The notes below the pieces were generated by a model. It was not told the DNA's origin. It made no database searches and was given only the letters and a program-made list of their open reading frames with translations. Below, piece after piece: positions 15,766-24,631 of a stretch of 30,555 bases of DNA; position 1 is the stretch's first letter; each line of letters opens with the position of its first letter. A program made the translations under genes and the position numbers. The DNA is from an uncultured Gammaproteobacteria bacterium. GTDB taxonomy: Bacteria; Patescibacteriota; Microgenomatia; Daviesbacterales; UBA10151. Location of the stretch: NCBI GenBank assembly GCA_964362265.1, contig CAYIDT010000001.1, forward strand, positions 1 to 30,555, written 5' to 3'.

Positions 15766-17161
15766 TACTATCCTCCATCTTTATGATGGCAAATGTTGCC
15801 CCAAGTGTCAGCCAAAAAAGCTCTGCTACTTTTGATGATTCCAGTACATCTATGAATATCATGGTAATAAAAATCGTGATTAATCCTGAAACTACTCCCA
15901 AAACTATATGATAATCCAAATTCTTTTCTGAGCGCTTTAAAAACTTTATTGATTTTTTTATAAAAATAATAAAAATAAGTGTTAATGAAGCAGTCCCTAA
16001 AAACCCTGTTTCCCCAAGTGATCTTAAATAATCATTATCTGTGGCAATAGTTATTGACGAATAACCTGTTCCCAAAAACGGATTTTTTTCAAAAGCTCGT
16101 ATAGCCCTTGGCCACTCAACGTTTAGTCTGATTGCATAGGATCGAAATACTCCCAATTCCGTTGTGTTTAAAGGTTCTCCCGGTACTATATCAATTGGAA
16201 CACCAGAAGGTGTTACTGCTCCGGATGCCGCATTTTCAATTGAGAATTTTGTAGTTGTACCGGGCTTTTGTGGTGGGGGCACATACTTAGGTCCACCACC
16301 CCCATAAAAATTTACTGTAAATGTAGCAACTGTCCTATGACGAAGTTCAGGTGATAAGGTAAGAGCAAGAATTCCCGCTGCAAGAATAAGCAAAATTAGT
16401 TTTTTTCGACCCAAGAACCAAAAGACACATCCTATTCCCAAAAGAACAGCTATGAATGAAACTCTGGCAGCAGTCATAATCAAAAGGATAAAACCCATGA
16501 TTGAAACGGTAATTAAACAAAGCTTGGAGATGATTTTTTTTGTATAAAAAAACATGGATGCCGCAGCAGTCAGAAAAAAAGCAAGAAAGATTGCTAGATC
16601 ATAATGTCCTGCGAAAGTTGAATTCACTCTTGCCTCAGGAGTAAGAAATAAAATCAAGCCTTTTGAGAATTCTTTGTTAGTAGTTGATATAACAGGAAAG
16701 TTTAACCATTGCTGGCCAAAGCCATATAAAATTAAGACAAGCGTTACAAATAACATTGTGAAAAGCCATATTTTTACTTGCTTTTTAGTTGTGAATGCGC
16801 TTAATGCGAGAAAAAATAGTAGCATTACTTCAACTCTTCTTAGGTAATGCAAAAGACCAAGATGTGGAGTAACCGTATTAGTCAATGAAAGCCCGGAATA
16901 TAGCGATAAAAGACCGATTAGCCAGAATAAGACAATTGCCTGAGTAATTGGTTCTTGTAACAAATTCTTTATGTACTTAAGACCAAAAATAAAAAGCCAA
17001 CCCGAAAAGACCAGTCCAATTAGAAAATCCTCAAGGCGGACTGCCACGTAGGTCCCTGGAACATTAAATAAGGGGAATTTTGGGTAAAGTGGTATAAATA
17101 TAAAAAGACCCAGAACTGCCCAAAAAAAATATTTTTTAAAAGTTAGCAATAATTTTTCCAT
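15740..17161 (-). CDS. O-antigen ligase/polymerase family (Wzy_C-like) membrane protein, 473 aa
   Basis: Multi-TM protein with ARVNSTF, TAARVSFIA, IR..VEWPRAI....NPFLGTG and DNDYLRSLGETGFLG, the order of motifs expected for Wzy_C. Confidence 0.82.
   Translation of the reverse strand: MEKLLLTFKKYFFWAVLGLFIFIPLYPKFPLFNVPGTYVAVRLEDFLIGLVFSGWLFIFGLKYIKNLLQEPITQAIVLFWLIGLLSLYSGLSLTNTVTPHLGLLHYLRRVEVMLLFFLALSAFTTKKQVKIWLFTMLFVTLVLILYGFGQQWLNFPVISTTNKEFSKGLILFLTPEARVNSTFAGHYDLAIFLAFFLTAAASMFFYTKKIISKLCLITVSIMGFILLIMTAARVSFIAVLLGIGCVFWFLGRKKLILLILAAGILALTLSPELRHRTVATFTVNFYGGGGPKYVPPPQKPGTTTKFSIENAASGAVTPSGVPIDIVPGEPLNTTELGVFRSYAIRLNVEWPRAIRAFEKNPFLGTGYSSITIATDNDYLRSLGETGFLGTASLTLIFIIFIKKSIKFLKRSEKNLDYHIVLGVVSGLITIFITMIFIDVLESSKVAELFWLTLGATFAIIKMEDSNEKNIKNI
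15772..15776 (-). promoter_or_regulatory. Shine-Dalgarno site for the ArnT-like gene, inside the upstream CDS
   Basis: GGAGG, 6 nt before the ATG at 15765. Confidence 0.6.
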
Positions 17162-18011
17162 AAGTTAGAGAATATTTTATTTTGCCAGCTAATAGAAAAG
17201 CAATTATTCTCAGCATAATAGCAAAATAGCAAACTATCTTAACTAAAATTGCCCAACCTATCCCAAAGTGTTGATTGTAAAAAATGATTAATCCTTTATA
17301 TTCCCCAATCCATTGTCTAAACTTTGGATCATCAAGACTACCTCCTGATAAATGCTTCATTGAAACTTTAGGATTAATCATAACATTCAAACCTGCTCTC
17401 TTTACTCTAAAACAATACTCAACATCTTCAAAATACATAAAATAGTTCTCATTAAATTTACCTACCTGTTCTATAACCTTTCTTCTAATAAACATAAAGT
17501 TTCCCGATACCCAACCAACCGGATGAATTTTCTTATAATATTCTTCCTCATTTCTGTGAAATGAGGAAGGACTAAATACCTCAAGATTAAAAAGCCAATT
17601 AAATAAGGCTCTTCCTAAAGGCAAATCGCCGCCATTCGGTTGCAGCTTGCCGTCAAAACCTAAAACCCTACAGCTACTTATTCCGCAACTTTTATATTCT
17701 TCCATAAACTTTACCATATTATCAATTAACCCCTCCTCTATCTCCGTATCGGAATTTAGCACCATATAGTAATCCCCTTTTCCCTTACTTAAAATTTGGT
17801 TATGTGCTTTTCCGAATCCTAAATTATTTTTATTGACAATCAATTTAACCTGCGGGAATTGATTGCCAAGCATCTCGACCGATCCGTCTGTTGATCCGTT
17901 ATCGACCACAAATATTTTTATGTCTTCTTCCCACCTTTTTCCCAAGATACTTTTCAGACAATTTCTGGTTAATTCCCGAGTATTAAAATTAACAATACTG
18001 ATAATGGTCAT
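17136..18011 (-). CDS. Glycosyltransferase family 2 (WbbL/rhamnosyltransferase-like), 291 aa
   Basis: ISIVNFNT, VVDNGSTD, NLGFGKAHN, LNSDT, FNENYFMYFEDVE, C-terminal hydrophobic helix. Confidence 0.9.
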   Translation of the reverse strand: MTIISIVNFNTRELTRNCLKSILGKRWEEDIKIFVVDNGSTDGSVEMLGNQFPQVKLIVNKNNLGFGKAHNQILSKGKGDYYMVLNSDTEIEEGLIDNMVKFMEEYKSCGISSCRVLGFDGKLQPNGGDLPLGRALFNWLFNLEVFSPSSFHRNEEEYYKKIHPVGWVSGNFMFIRRKVIEQVGKFNENYFMYFEDVEYCFRVKRAGLNVMINPKVSMKHLSGGSLDDPKFRQWIGEYKGLIIFYNQHFGIGWAILVKIVCYFAIMLRIIAFLLAGKIKYSLTYGKIIANF

Positions 18012-18577
18012 CTATTTGGAAAAACCTTTTTTGATATTTCAACTAACCCAAATAAGCTCAACCAAATTCCAATGTAAACAAGTAACCGATCAAATAAATC
18101 TGTCGGATAAAATCTTAAGGTTACCTTTGAATTAAAATACTGACCTTTGATATGAAGATGATCTCCAATAAAGTTATGTTCTCTTTTTAAAATATTATTA
18201 TCAACAAACGGTTCATAACCTGCCACATACAAAGATCCTCTTAGAGGATATACATATTCTTCTAAAAAGGTGACATAAACTTCACTGCGAACAACATTTT
18301 TAGAATATTCCGGAGGATGGTTTAAGGCAACCGTCGGTATTATTTTTATAAAAAATAAGTCTCTCAGGCTTTGATAATAAAATTTGGTTATTCCTGCCCG
18401 GTCAAAATCTGAAAAATAGGCAGATATATTAGGGTTTTGAGTAGTATCCCCTGGTTCATCTGATTTTAAAGAGTTTGGGATAGGGGAAAAATCCTCTATC
18501 TTGGTTGGACCAGGAACTAAAATATAGATTAAACCCAATACAAAAATTATAATAATTATAATATTTATATTCCTCAT
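18008..18577 (-). CDS. Hypothetical membrane protein, 189 aa (N- and C-terminal TM)
   Basis: ATGA overlaps at both ends. Two terminal hydrophobic segments flank a ~130 aa soluble region. No recognisable motif. Confidence 0.8.
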   Translation of the reverse strand: MRNINIIIIIIFVLGLIYILVPGPTKIEDFSPIPNSLKSDEPGDTTQNPNISAYFSDFDRAGITKFYYQSLRDLFFIKIIPTVALNHPPEYSKNVVRSEVYVTFLEEYVYPLRGSLYVAGYEPFVDNNILKREHNFIGDHLHIKGQYFNSKVTLRFYPTDLFDRLLVYIGIWLSLFGLVEISKKVFPNR

Positions 18578-19176
18578 TGAAAAAGTCTTGCTCTTCCCAG
18601 TTTATATTTTGGATCCCTTAGCTTTCTTTCTCCAATTATCTTAGCTGGTACCCCTCCAACAACTGCAAAATCAGGAACGTCTTTTGTAACAACTGCTCCT
18701 GCTGCCACAACTGCTCCTTTGCCTACTTTTACACCGGGAAGTATTACTGCACGGGGTCCAATAAATGCATAATTCTCGATTTTTACAGGAGCTAATATCG
18801 CATGAAAATCTTCCGAATTTATATCATGCTCACTGTTATAAATCATAACTTCTGAAGCAATATCTACATGACTACCAATCTTAAGCTCTGCCCTCCCATC
18901 TAAAAAAGCATGATCTCCAATAATTGTATCCTCCCCAATTGAAATTCCGAAAGGATTATAAAACCTTGCCCACATATGAATATGTGCTTTTGGAGAAATT
19001 TTCATGCCGGAAATAAAATAAAAAAACCACCTAATACTATGAAAAGGAACCCATCCAACTGTTGTTAAAATCAAAAGCCAGAAATCCAAAAAAATATTTC
19101 CTATCCTATTTATAATTTTTTGCAGCACCTCTCCTAAAGTAAGATCTTTGTCCATTCGATCCTTGAATATACTCAT
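18574..19176 (-). CDS. Left-handed beta-helix (hexapeptide-repeat) acyltransferase, probably sugar O-acetyltransferase, 200 aa
   Basis: IGEDTIIGDH, IGSHVDIAS, SEH, IGPRAVILPGVKVGKGAVVAAGAVVTKDVP, VGGVPAK. Hydrophobic N-terminal segment. Confidence 0.9.
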   Translation of the reverse strand: MSIFKDRMDKDLTLGEVLQKIINRIGNIFLDFWLLILTTVGWVPFHSIRWFFYFISGMKISPKAHIHMWARFYNPFGISIGEDTIIGDHAFLDGRAELKIGSHVDIASEVMIYNSEHDINSEDFHAILAPVKIENYAFIGPRAVILPGVKVGKGAVVAAGAVVTKDVPDFAVVGGVPAKIIGERKLRDPKYKLGRARLFQ

Positions 19177-20291
19177 GACATCTCCAGTATTTCTAAAGTT
19201 TCCCGGGCAGTTTTTTCCCAGGAAAACTCTTTCACCTTCTCTAAACCTAATTGTACCTTTTTTTGACGTAAGTTTTCATCTTTTAATAAATTTTGGATTC
19301 CATTTATTATGCTTCCTACAGAATACGGATCTACAAAAGTCCCTGCATCACTTGCAACCTCAGGGAGCGAAGAAACGTTGGACACAATAACCGGGGTTCC
19401 ACAAGCCATTGCTTCTAAAACTGGAATCCCAAAACCTTCCCAAAGAGAAGGTAATACGAAAACTTTAGAACCAGATAAAAGAGCAGGCAGTTCTTCTGTA
19501 GGTACAAATCCGGTGAAGATAACCTTATTTTCAACTCCTAATTTTTCAGGGGTATCTAAAATCTCCTGATATTTCCAAGCCTTTCTCCCTGGCTCCGTGG
19601 TTTTACCTACAATAACTAAAATTACATCTTCTTCGATTTTAGAAAATGCTTCAATTAATCTGATTAAATTCTTCCTAGGCTGTATTGTCCCTACATATAT
19701 AATGTAGCTGCCCTCTATTCCATACTTTTTCAAAACAGGAGCTATTTTCCTTTTATCTTTTATCTGTTTAAAAGTTTCCTTATCATACCCAAGCGGTATG
19801 GCAGCTATTTTGTATGGATCAATTTTATAGTTTTCTACAATATCCTTTTTTGTAAATTCAGAAATAGCCAAAAGATGGTCTGCATTTTGGATAGAAAACT
19901 TAGTCCAGTTTGTAAGCTGATACAAATCCTTTGCATTAAACATTTCCGGAAAATGTAAATATGAAAGATCAAAAATTGTGCATACTCTCTTAACTGGGGA
20001 AAAACGAGGAATATAATGAGTTGGGGTAAAAAATACATCAGGTCTTCTTTTTGTAAAATATAAAACAGCAGGTAAAGTTAACCTTGTCCAAAGTTTATTC
20101 GGCTTTAAAATTTTATATTTCCAATTTACTCGCTCTTTTGGCAAATCATCCAAAGGAACTTTGGGTAACAAAATCAGATACTCATTCTTACGGTCAATTT
20201 TTTCTAGATTTTTAATAATCTCATATGCATATTGACCTGATCCAACTCTATTTGAAGTATTAGCCTCATATCCATCAATCCAAATCCTCAT
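19173..20291 (-). CDS. Glycosyltransferase family 4 (MtfB-like), 372 aa
   Basis: MRIWIDG, CTIFDL, YVGTIQPRKNL, EGFGIPVLEAMACGTPV. Confidence 0.93.
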   Translation of the reverse strand: MRIWIDGYEANTSNRVGSGQYAYEIIKNLEKIDRKNEYLILLPKVPLDDLPKERVNWKYKILKPNKLWTRLTLPAVLYFTKRRPDVFFTPTHYIPRFSPVKRVCTIFDLSYLHFPEMFNAKDLYQLTNWTKFSIQNADHLLAISEFTKKDIVENYKIDPYKIAAIPLGYDKETFKQIKDKRKIAPVLKKYGIEGSYIIYVGTIQPRKNLIRLIEAFSKIEEDVILVIVGKTTEPGRKAWKYQEILDTPEKLGVENKVIFTGFVPTEELPALLSGSKVFVLPSLWEGFGIPVLEAMACGTPVIVSNVSSLPEVASDAGTFVDPYSVGSIINGIQNLLKDENLRQKKVQLGLEKVKEFSWEKTARETLEILEMS

Positions 20292-20297
20292 ATATAA

Positions 20298-21314
20298 TCA
20301 TTCTACCAAACTCCAATATACTTCCACAGTTTTTTCTGTACTTTTTTCCCAGGTGAATTTTTTGGCTTGTAGAAAACCTTCTTTAATCATCGATTCCCTT
20401 TTTTTTTGATCATTCCAAACTAGCTTTAATTTATTTTCAATATCTATTACCGACTCGGGGTTTACATATTCCGGCGCATCTCCTCCTACTTCTGGCATGC
20501 TTGAAACACTTGATGTAATAACAGGTACTCCACAAGCCATAGCTTCTACAATCGGTAGCCCAAAGCCTTCATAAAAGCTGGGGTAAAGTAAAACTTTGGC
20601 TGAAGAGTACAATAATGGAAGTTGTTCATACGAGATCCATGAAATATCAACTCCTGCAATAATTAAATTATATTCTTTAGATGCCTCTTTAACTCTTTTT
20701 AAATTTCTTCGCCGCCCAACTCCCCCAATTGCCAATACAAATTCATCCGGAAGATTCATTTCTTTTCGAAATGTTTCCAAATCTTCTGAATTTTGTGGCT
20801 TAAATTGTTTTTCTACACCCTCATAAATAACCACAGTTCTTTTTTCTGGAATATTTGAAATTTTTAAAAGATCATTTCTTGTTGACTCCGATACACAAAT
20901 AACCATATCCACCTCTTGCTCTACAAGTTTTAATCTTCTTTTATTAACTTCAACAATTTTTGGATGAGACCACTCCGGATGAATCAGAGGAACCAAATCA
21001 TGATAAGTTGTTACCTTTTTAGCTTTTGTTGGGGCTTGAGTCCAATCAGATGAGTGAAATATATCTACTGTCCCAATAAATTTTTCAATACCAACTTTTC
21101 TCCATCTATTAAAAAGCTTTTCAAGAATAGATGGCGGAATTCTAAAAGATTTAACGTTTTTCAAATTTCCATTGTAGGTTTTTCTTAAAGAAGAATAAAA
21201 ATAAACCATTTCCAAATTTTGGACTTTAGATAATCCTTCAGCCAAATTTGCAGTATAAACAGAAACTCCCCCAACGTGTGCAATTTGTGAAATATCCATC
21301 CCGACTCTGACCAT
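20298..21314 (-). CDS. Glycosyltransferase family 4 (MtfB-like) with shortened C-terminal domain, 338 aa
   Basis: MVRVGMDIS, TTYHDL, YPSFYEGFGLPIVEAMACGVPV. The ORF-track start at 21350 is TTG inside the upstream gene; the ATG at 21314 leaves a 4-nt gap. Confidence 0.9.
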   Translation of the reverse strand: MVRVGMDISQIAHVGGVSVYTANLAEGLSKVQNLEMVYFYSSLRKTYNGNLKNVKSFRIPPSILEKLFNRWRKVGIEKFIGTVDIFHSSDWTQAPTKAKKVTTYHDLVPLIHPEWSHPKIVEVNKRRLKLVEQEVDMVICVSESTRNDLLKISNIPEKRTVVIYEGVEKQFKPQNSEDLETFRKEMNLPDEFVLAIGGVGRRRNLKRVKEASKEYNLIIAGVDISWISYEQLPLLYSSAKVLLYPSFYEGFGLPIVEAMACGVPVITSSVSSMPEVGGDAPEYVNPESVIDIENKLKLVWNDQKKRESMIKEGFLQAKKFTWEKSTEKTVEVYWSLVE

Positions 21315-21318
21315 GAAA

Positions 21319-22704
21319 TCATTGTAGCTGAAAGTGATGCACAAATCCAACGCCTTGGAAATTAAAAGTATTTTTAATAGTATAACTATTATCTAAAAAA
21401 AAGCCTTGGATAAATTTATTGGGATCAGACAAAGCTTGCAAGTATTCAAAAAAATACAAATCACTTTTTCCCGACAACCTATCCATATTTGTTTTAATCT
21501 CATCTTTTTTTGCTGGAAAATTTTTCACAACTCCAATTCCCTCTTTGCCTTTATACCATTCATAAGGAGGGAAAGGCTGCGGCCAAGCAAAAACTACGCC
21601 GCTTCTATTACCATTTTCCTGGTTTATAAAATTCACAGCCCCTCTCCAATCTTCCCGTTGAAATTTGGGGTTAATAAAATATATCCCTACTGACAAAAAA
21701 TTTACCAACAACACCCCTCCAACCGCCAGCCTCCATGATCTCTCCCTAGAACGTAAAGTATCTATTCCGATTGCCAATAGAATATAGAAAGCCGGGAGTG
21801 CAAAGAGAAGCCTAAACGGTTGGTTCAAAGGTATAAGCAGTGAGATAAACCAGGTTAAAATAATTGGTAAAAAAAGCCACCACGCCACTAGCTTAATATC
21901 CAATTTTGACCTAAAAGAATTTATTATTAAGTAAGAAAAAAAGCCTAATACAATAAAAGCAATTAATCCGTAGTTATAAATATTTTCAAAATCTATTCTG
22001 CCAATACTAAATTTTAAAAACGTTAATGGAACTGCTTTATAAAAAGGTATACCTAAAAGATCTGACCACCCAGGAAGATATATATTAGCGTTTATTCCTC
22101 CCATCAACTGATCCCAAAAAAGAGGAAGCCATGGAATATATAATAATAAGGAAAGAATCAAAAGCTTTGAATATCTGAGGATCTCATTTCTTTTATACAC
22201 AAATAAATATCCAATTTGAGCAATAATTAAAAATCCACCCATATAATGAGTATAAATCAAAGCTACTGTCGAAAACACATACCCCAAACTCTTTGCCGAA
22301 ATAAAGTAAAACATAGAAACGACTGCAAAAAATGTGGCCATAGAATACATCCTGATTTCTTGAGAATAGTAAATATGATAAGGTGCAGTAGCCAAAAGAA
22401 GTGCCGAAAACAGAGCATGTTCTTTATTAAATAATTTTTCAACTAATTTATATACAGTAAATACAGTGGCCACTCCAAAAATTACCGGTAAAAGTCGAAG
22501 CCATATCTCAGATGTTCCAAACTGAATCCAAAAGTGATAAAGAATATAAGATAATGGGGGGTGAAAATCTCCTATCCTTTCAAACCAAATAGAATATAGT
22601 GATTTCTTTGATAAAAAGCCTTGAGTTGCTTCATCAAGCCAAAGGCTCTGATTTAAGTTTATTAGTCGCAAGATTAATCCCAAAAGTAATATTATCCAGA
22701 TCAT
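21319..22704 (-). CDS. GT-C fold membrane glycosyltransferase (PMT_2/GT39-like), 461 aa
   Basis: LRLINLNQSLWLDE, DFHPPLSY, SEIWLRL, YYSQEIRMYS, multiple TMs, C-terminal soluble domain starting at REDWR. Confidence 0.85.
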   Translation of the reverse strand: MIWIILLLGLILRLINLNQSLWLDEATQGFLSKKSLYSIWFERIGDFHPPLSYILYHFWIQFGTSEIWLRLLPVIFGVATVFTVYKLVEKLFNKEHALFSALLLATAPYHIYYSQEIRMYSMATFFAVVSMFYFISAKSLGYVFSTVALIYTHYMGGFLIIAQIGYLFVYKRNEILRYSKLLILSLLLYIPWLPLFWDQLMGGINANIYLPGWSDLLGIPFYKAVPLTFLKFSIGRIDFENIYNYGLIAFIVLGFFSYLIINSFRSKLDIKLVAWWLFLPIILTWFISLLIPLNQPFRLLFALPAFYILLAIGIDTLRSRERSWRLAVGGVLLVNFLSVGIYFINPKFQREDWRGAVNFINQENGNRSGVVFAWPQPFPPYEWYKGKEGIGVVKNFPAKKDEIKTNMDRLSGKSDLYFFEYLQALSDPNKFIQGFFLDNSYTIKNTFNFQGVGFVHHFQLQ

Positions 22705-23555
22705 TTGTATTTTTGTTCACCAAAAAAAGATCCAATTAAGGAAACTTCTGTTGCAAAATCATAAATTATTTTAAAAATCAAATAATGTGGTAAATTGTGT
22801 TTCAAAGCTCCTAATAATCCATGAATTATGGAAAATAGGAAAGAGTATCTAACTAAAGCAACAAATCTCATTAAATTTTCATTTTTAATTTTTCTTCTTT
22901 TATACTCAGACTTTCCAACCCATCTTGCCTGATTGAAAATTTCAAATAAATTATCCGGATTTTTGTGATAAAAAATAGCGCCTGGAGCAGCAACTGCATG
23001 AACCCCCAATTTTTCAGATAAAGTATAATCATCTATATAACCAATAGGCTTAAAACCGCCAGCCTTATCAAATTCTTTTTTAAGAATAGCTCTAAAAACT
23101 GGTTGAGTATCAGGGTAATTTTTTGGATGCATTCTATCCAAGGGCAAACCTTTATTTATATTCCAACATTTACTCCAAATATTATCTTTATTTAAGACAA
23201 ACTCGTCTTTTGAAAATGTCCCAACTGCAGTTTTCTGAATAATTGGGTTAATTAAATTCTTTATAAAATTTTTATCAAAGGTCATGTCTGCATCAACAAA
23301 CACTAATACTTCCCCTGTGGCATATTTACTACCCAAGTTCCTTGCAATCCCCGGACCTAGATGTTTTTGCTGAAAGGATTTAAGATTTATGAATAAAGAT
23401 TTAAGAGAATTAACTATATTCCATGTTCTATCTGTAGAACCATCATCGACGATAATTACCTCAAAATTTTTAAATGTTTGTTCCTCTAGGGATTTGATAC
23501 AATCTTTAATTACTTTTTCTTCATTATACGTAGGTATAATCACTGAGGCTTTCAT
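22701..23555 (-). CDS. Glycosyltransferase family 2 with C-terminal membrane segments, 284 aa
   Basis: SVIIPTYNEE, IIVDDGSTD, GIARNLG, FVDAD (DxD), hydrophobic C-terminus. Confidence 0.9.
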   Translation of the reverse strand: MKASVIIPTYNEEKVIKDCIKSLEEQTFKNFEVIIVDDGSTDRTWNIVNSLKSLFINLKSFQQKHLGPGIARNLGSKYATGEVLVFVDADMTFDKNFIKNLINPIIQKTAVGTFSKDEFVLNKDNIWSKCWNINKGLPLDRMHPKNYPDTQPVFRAILKKEFDKAGGFKPIGYIDDYTLSEKLGVHAVAAPGAIFYHKNPDNLFEIFNQARWVGKSEYKRRKIKNENLMRFVALVRYSFLFSIIHGLLGALKHNLPHYLIFKIIYDFATEVSLIGSFFGEQKYK

Positions 23556-24631
23556 GATACTAGCTCCTCAAATAAATTTTCATATTGTTTTGCTACTTTA
23601 TCCCAGGAAAATTTTTCAGTCTGTTTTCTTGGCTTATCGCCCCAATTAATCTGTAGTGTCTCCTCCAGCGCTTTTGCATATAGATTAGGCCTAGTAGTAT
23701 CTACAAATACTCCCGCATCTCCTATAATTTCCCTTCGAATGGGGTCATCAGTTGCTACAACCGGTAGACCTGATGCCATTGCCTCAAGTAAAACCAGGCC
23801 AAATGATTCCCATGGGGACGTAGGAAACGTAAAAAGAGCAACACTTCTATAAATTTTTGGTATTTCCTCGTGAGGAAGAAGTAAAATTTTAAACCGGCCG
23901 GGAAGCAGTTTATCTCCTAAATCTTGCAGATCATTTTTAAGCTCTCCTTTTCCCGCCAAAATCAGAGAACCTTTTCTTAGGTCTGCCACAGCTTTTATAA
24001 TAAGATCAAGTCTTTTCATTGGAACGAGCGCTGCAACCGTTAAAATAATGGGTTTTGGAAGATTAAATTCCATCTTTTCTCCTTGGGAGCTAAATTTTTT
24101 CATATCAACTCCATTCGGAATCTTTACAATCTTAACAAAAGGATTAACTTTTTTAGCCCAATTACATTGATAATCTGTAAATCCTACAAAGCAATCCGGA
24201 AATGTTAAAAGATTAATTCTATCGTCCCAACCAGGACCCGCTTGACCAACAACAATAATTTTACCAACCCCTGATAGTTTGGGTAGTAGTATTTCCCAAC
24301 CATTATTCCAAGGAACGACAATATCATATTTTTGCTTTTTTAAAATTGGCAAAGCCTTTTTAGTAAATTCTTTTACTGCAATTGACATTTCATCAAGATA
24401 AAGCCTTCGTCCAAGGTTCAACTTTGGTTCCAAAACTTTGGGTTGCCAATTATTTTCAATCTGTATAACTTTATACTTTGTTTTATTAGAAGACTTCCCT
24501 GCTTGAAAAACCGTTACATCACAGCTTTGATTAATTCTTGAAGCAAGCTCTTTAACCAATACTTCAACTCCCCGTTCATAAATCCCGTTAAAAAAACTTA
24601 AAAAAGCAATCTTTAATCTTTTCTTTGCCAT
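23552..24631 (-). CDS. Glycosyltransferase family 4, 359 aa
   Basis: IPNGVD, ILTVAALVPMKRLD, ESFGLVLLEAMASGLPVV. Confidence 0.9.
   Translation of the reverse strand: MAKKRLKIAFLSFFNGIYERGVEVLVKELASRINQSCDVTVFQAGKSSNKTKYKVIQIENNWQPKVLEPKLNLGRRLYLDEMSIAVKEFTKKALPILKKQKYDIVVPWNNGWEILLPKLSGVGKIIVVGQAGPGWDDRINLLTFPDCFVGFTDYQCNWAKKVNPFVKIVKIPNGVDMKKFSSQGEKMEFNLPKPIILTVAALVPMKRLDLIIKAVADLRKGSLILAGKGELKNDLQDLGDKLLPGRFKILLLPHEEIPKIYRSVALFTFPTSPWESFGLVLLEAMASGLPVVATDDPIRREIIGDAGVFVDTTRPNLYAKALEETLQINWGDKPRKQTEKFSWDKVAKQYENLFEELVS
23564..23569 (-). promoter_or_regulatory. Shine-Dalgarno site for the GT2 at 23555, inside the upstream CDS
   Basis: GAGGAG, 8 nt before the ATG. Confidence 0.6.

Noticed and set aside
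20399-20407. A9 tract in a GT4 gene as a phase-variation switch
   Set aside because: An equal 9-nt tract occurs in the essential ftsI (1388-1396), and 7-8 nt A/T runs are everywhere at this base composition. No poly-G/C tract and no frameshifted gene were found.
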